This document shows, in pieces, positions 63,491-64,000 of a stretch of DNA of 64,000 bases. This stretch comes from Octopus sinensis (taxonomy: Eukaryota). Location of the stretch: contig NC_043000.1 in assembly GCF_006345805.1 (NCBI RefSeq), positions 103,602,001 to 103,666,000 on the forward strand, given 5' to 3'. The position numbers and the translations under genes are program-made. Numbering within the stretch: position 1 is the stretch's first letter; the number at the start of each line of letters is the position of its first letter. The notes beneath the pieces were generated by a model. That model was not told the origin of the DNA and did no database searches. It was given only the letters and a program-made list of their open reading frames with translations.

Positions 63491-63799
63491 TATGGTGTAT
63501 TGTATTATATTATATCCTTCAACTCAGCCTAGCGCCTTGTGCACGTTGAACTTAACTAAAGGGGAAATATAAGAGTATTAATTATGGATTTTTAAAAAAA
63601 ATTTGATCATAGGTCTACTCAGATTGAGGCCGAACCGAATTGAAACATCAGCAGCAACAACAACAATGACAACACAGTAATGTGAATTCGCAATAAGTGT
63701 CATCTTTCCAAATTCATACAATAAACAATACATTACGAATGTTAACAATACAATATAAGTAAATGAAACAATAACATGTCAGTATATATCTCTTCAAAG

Positions 63800-63810
63800 T
63801 TAGAAATCTA

Positions 63811-63857
<47 letters not shown>

Positions 63858-63935
63858 TAATAATAATAATAATAGTAATAATAATAATAATAATAATGAT
63901 AATAATAATAATAATAATAATAATGATAATAATGT
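63800..63935. repeat. (TAA)n microsatellite
   Basis: Seen directly. Confidence 0.95.
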
Positions 63936-64000
63936 TCAAACAATAAATGCAAAGAACAATTGATGATTTTCTTCAATATCTCTTGATATTGGAAAAATAT

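Overview
AT-rich, microsatellite-dense eukaryotic DNA. The SINE and repeat families look cephalopod (octopus-like; inferred from repeat content only). Most of the window is transposon debris: two Ty3/Gypsy LTR relics, at least six L1/Tx1-clade LINE pieces, three R4/Dong-type LINE pieces, Penelope-like elements with hammerhead-ribozyme motifs and inverted repeats, two Tc1/mariner relics, two non-autonomous Helitrons, a GGATC-ended MITE family (two copies carry telomeric TTAGGG repeats and 8-bp target duplications), many tRNA-derived SINEs and a ~1.6 kb tandem duplication. The main result is missing from the ORF track: a minus-strand gene spread over ~19 kb, built from a signal-peptide exon (19603-19688) and six tiny symmetric phase-1 exons (39, 39, 42, 39, 39, 21 nt). 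It predicts a ~100-aa secreted peptide precursor with a cationic His-rich core between acidic spacers, an architecture like schistosome micro-exon genes. A further 39-nt exon of the same design appears to have been destroyed by a SINE insertion. Most long ORFs in the supplied track are microsatellite artefacts or TE fragments.
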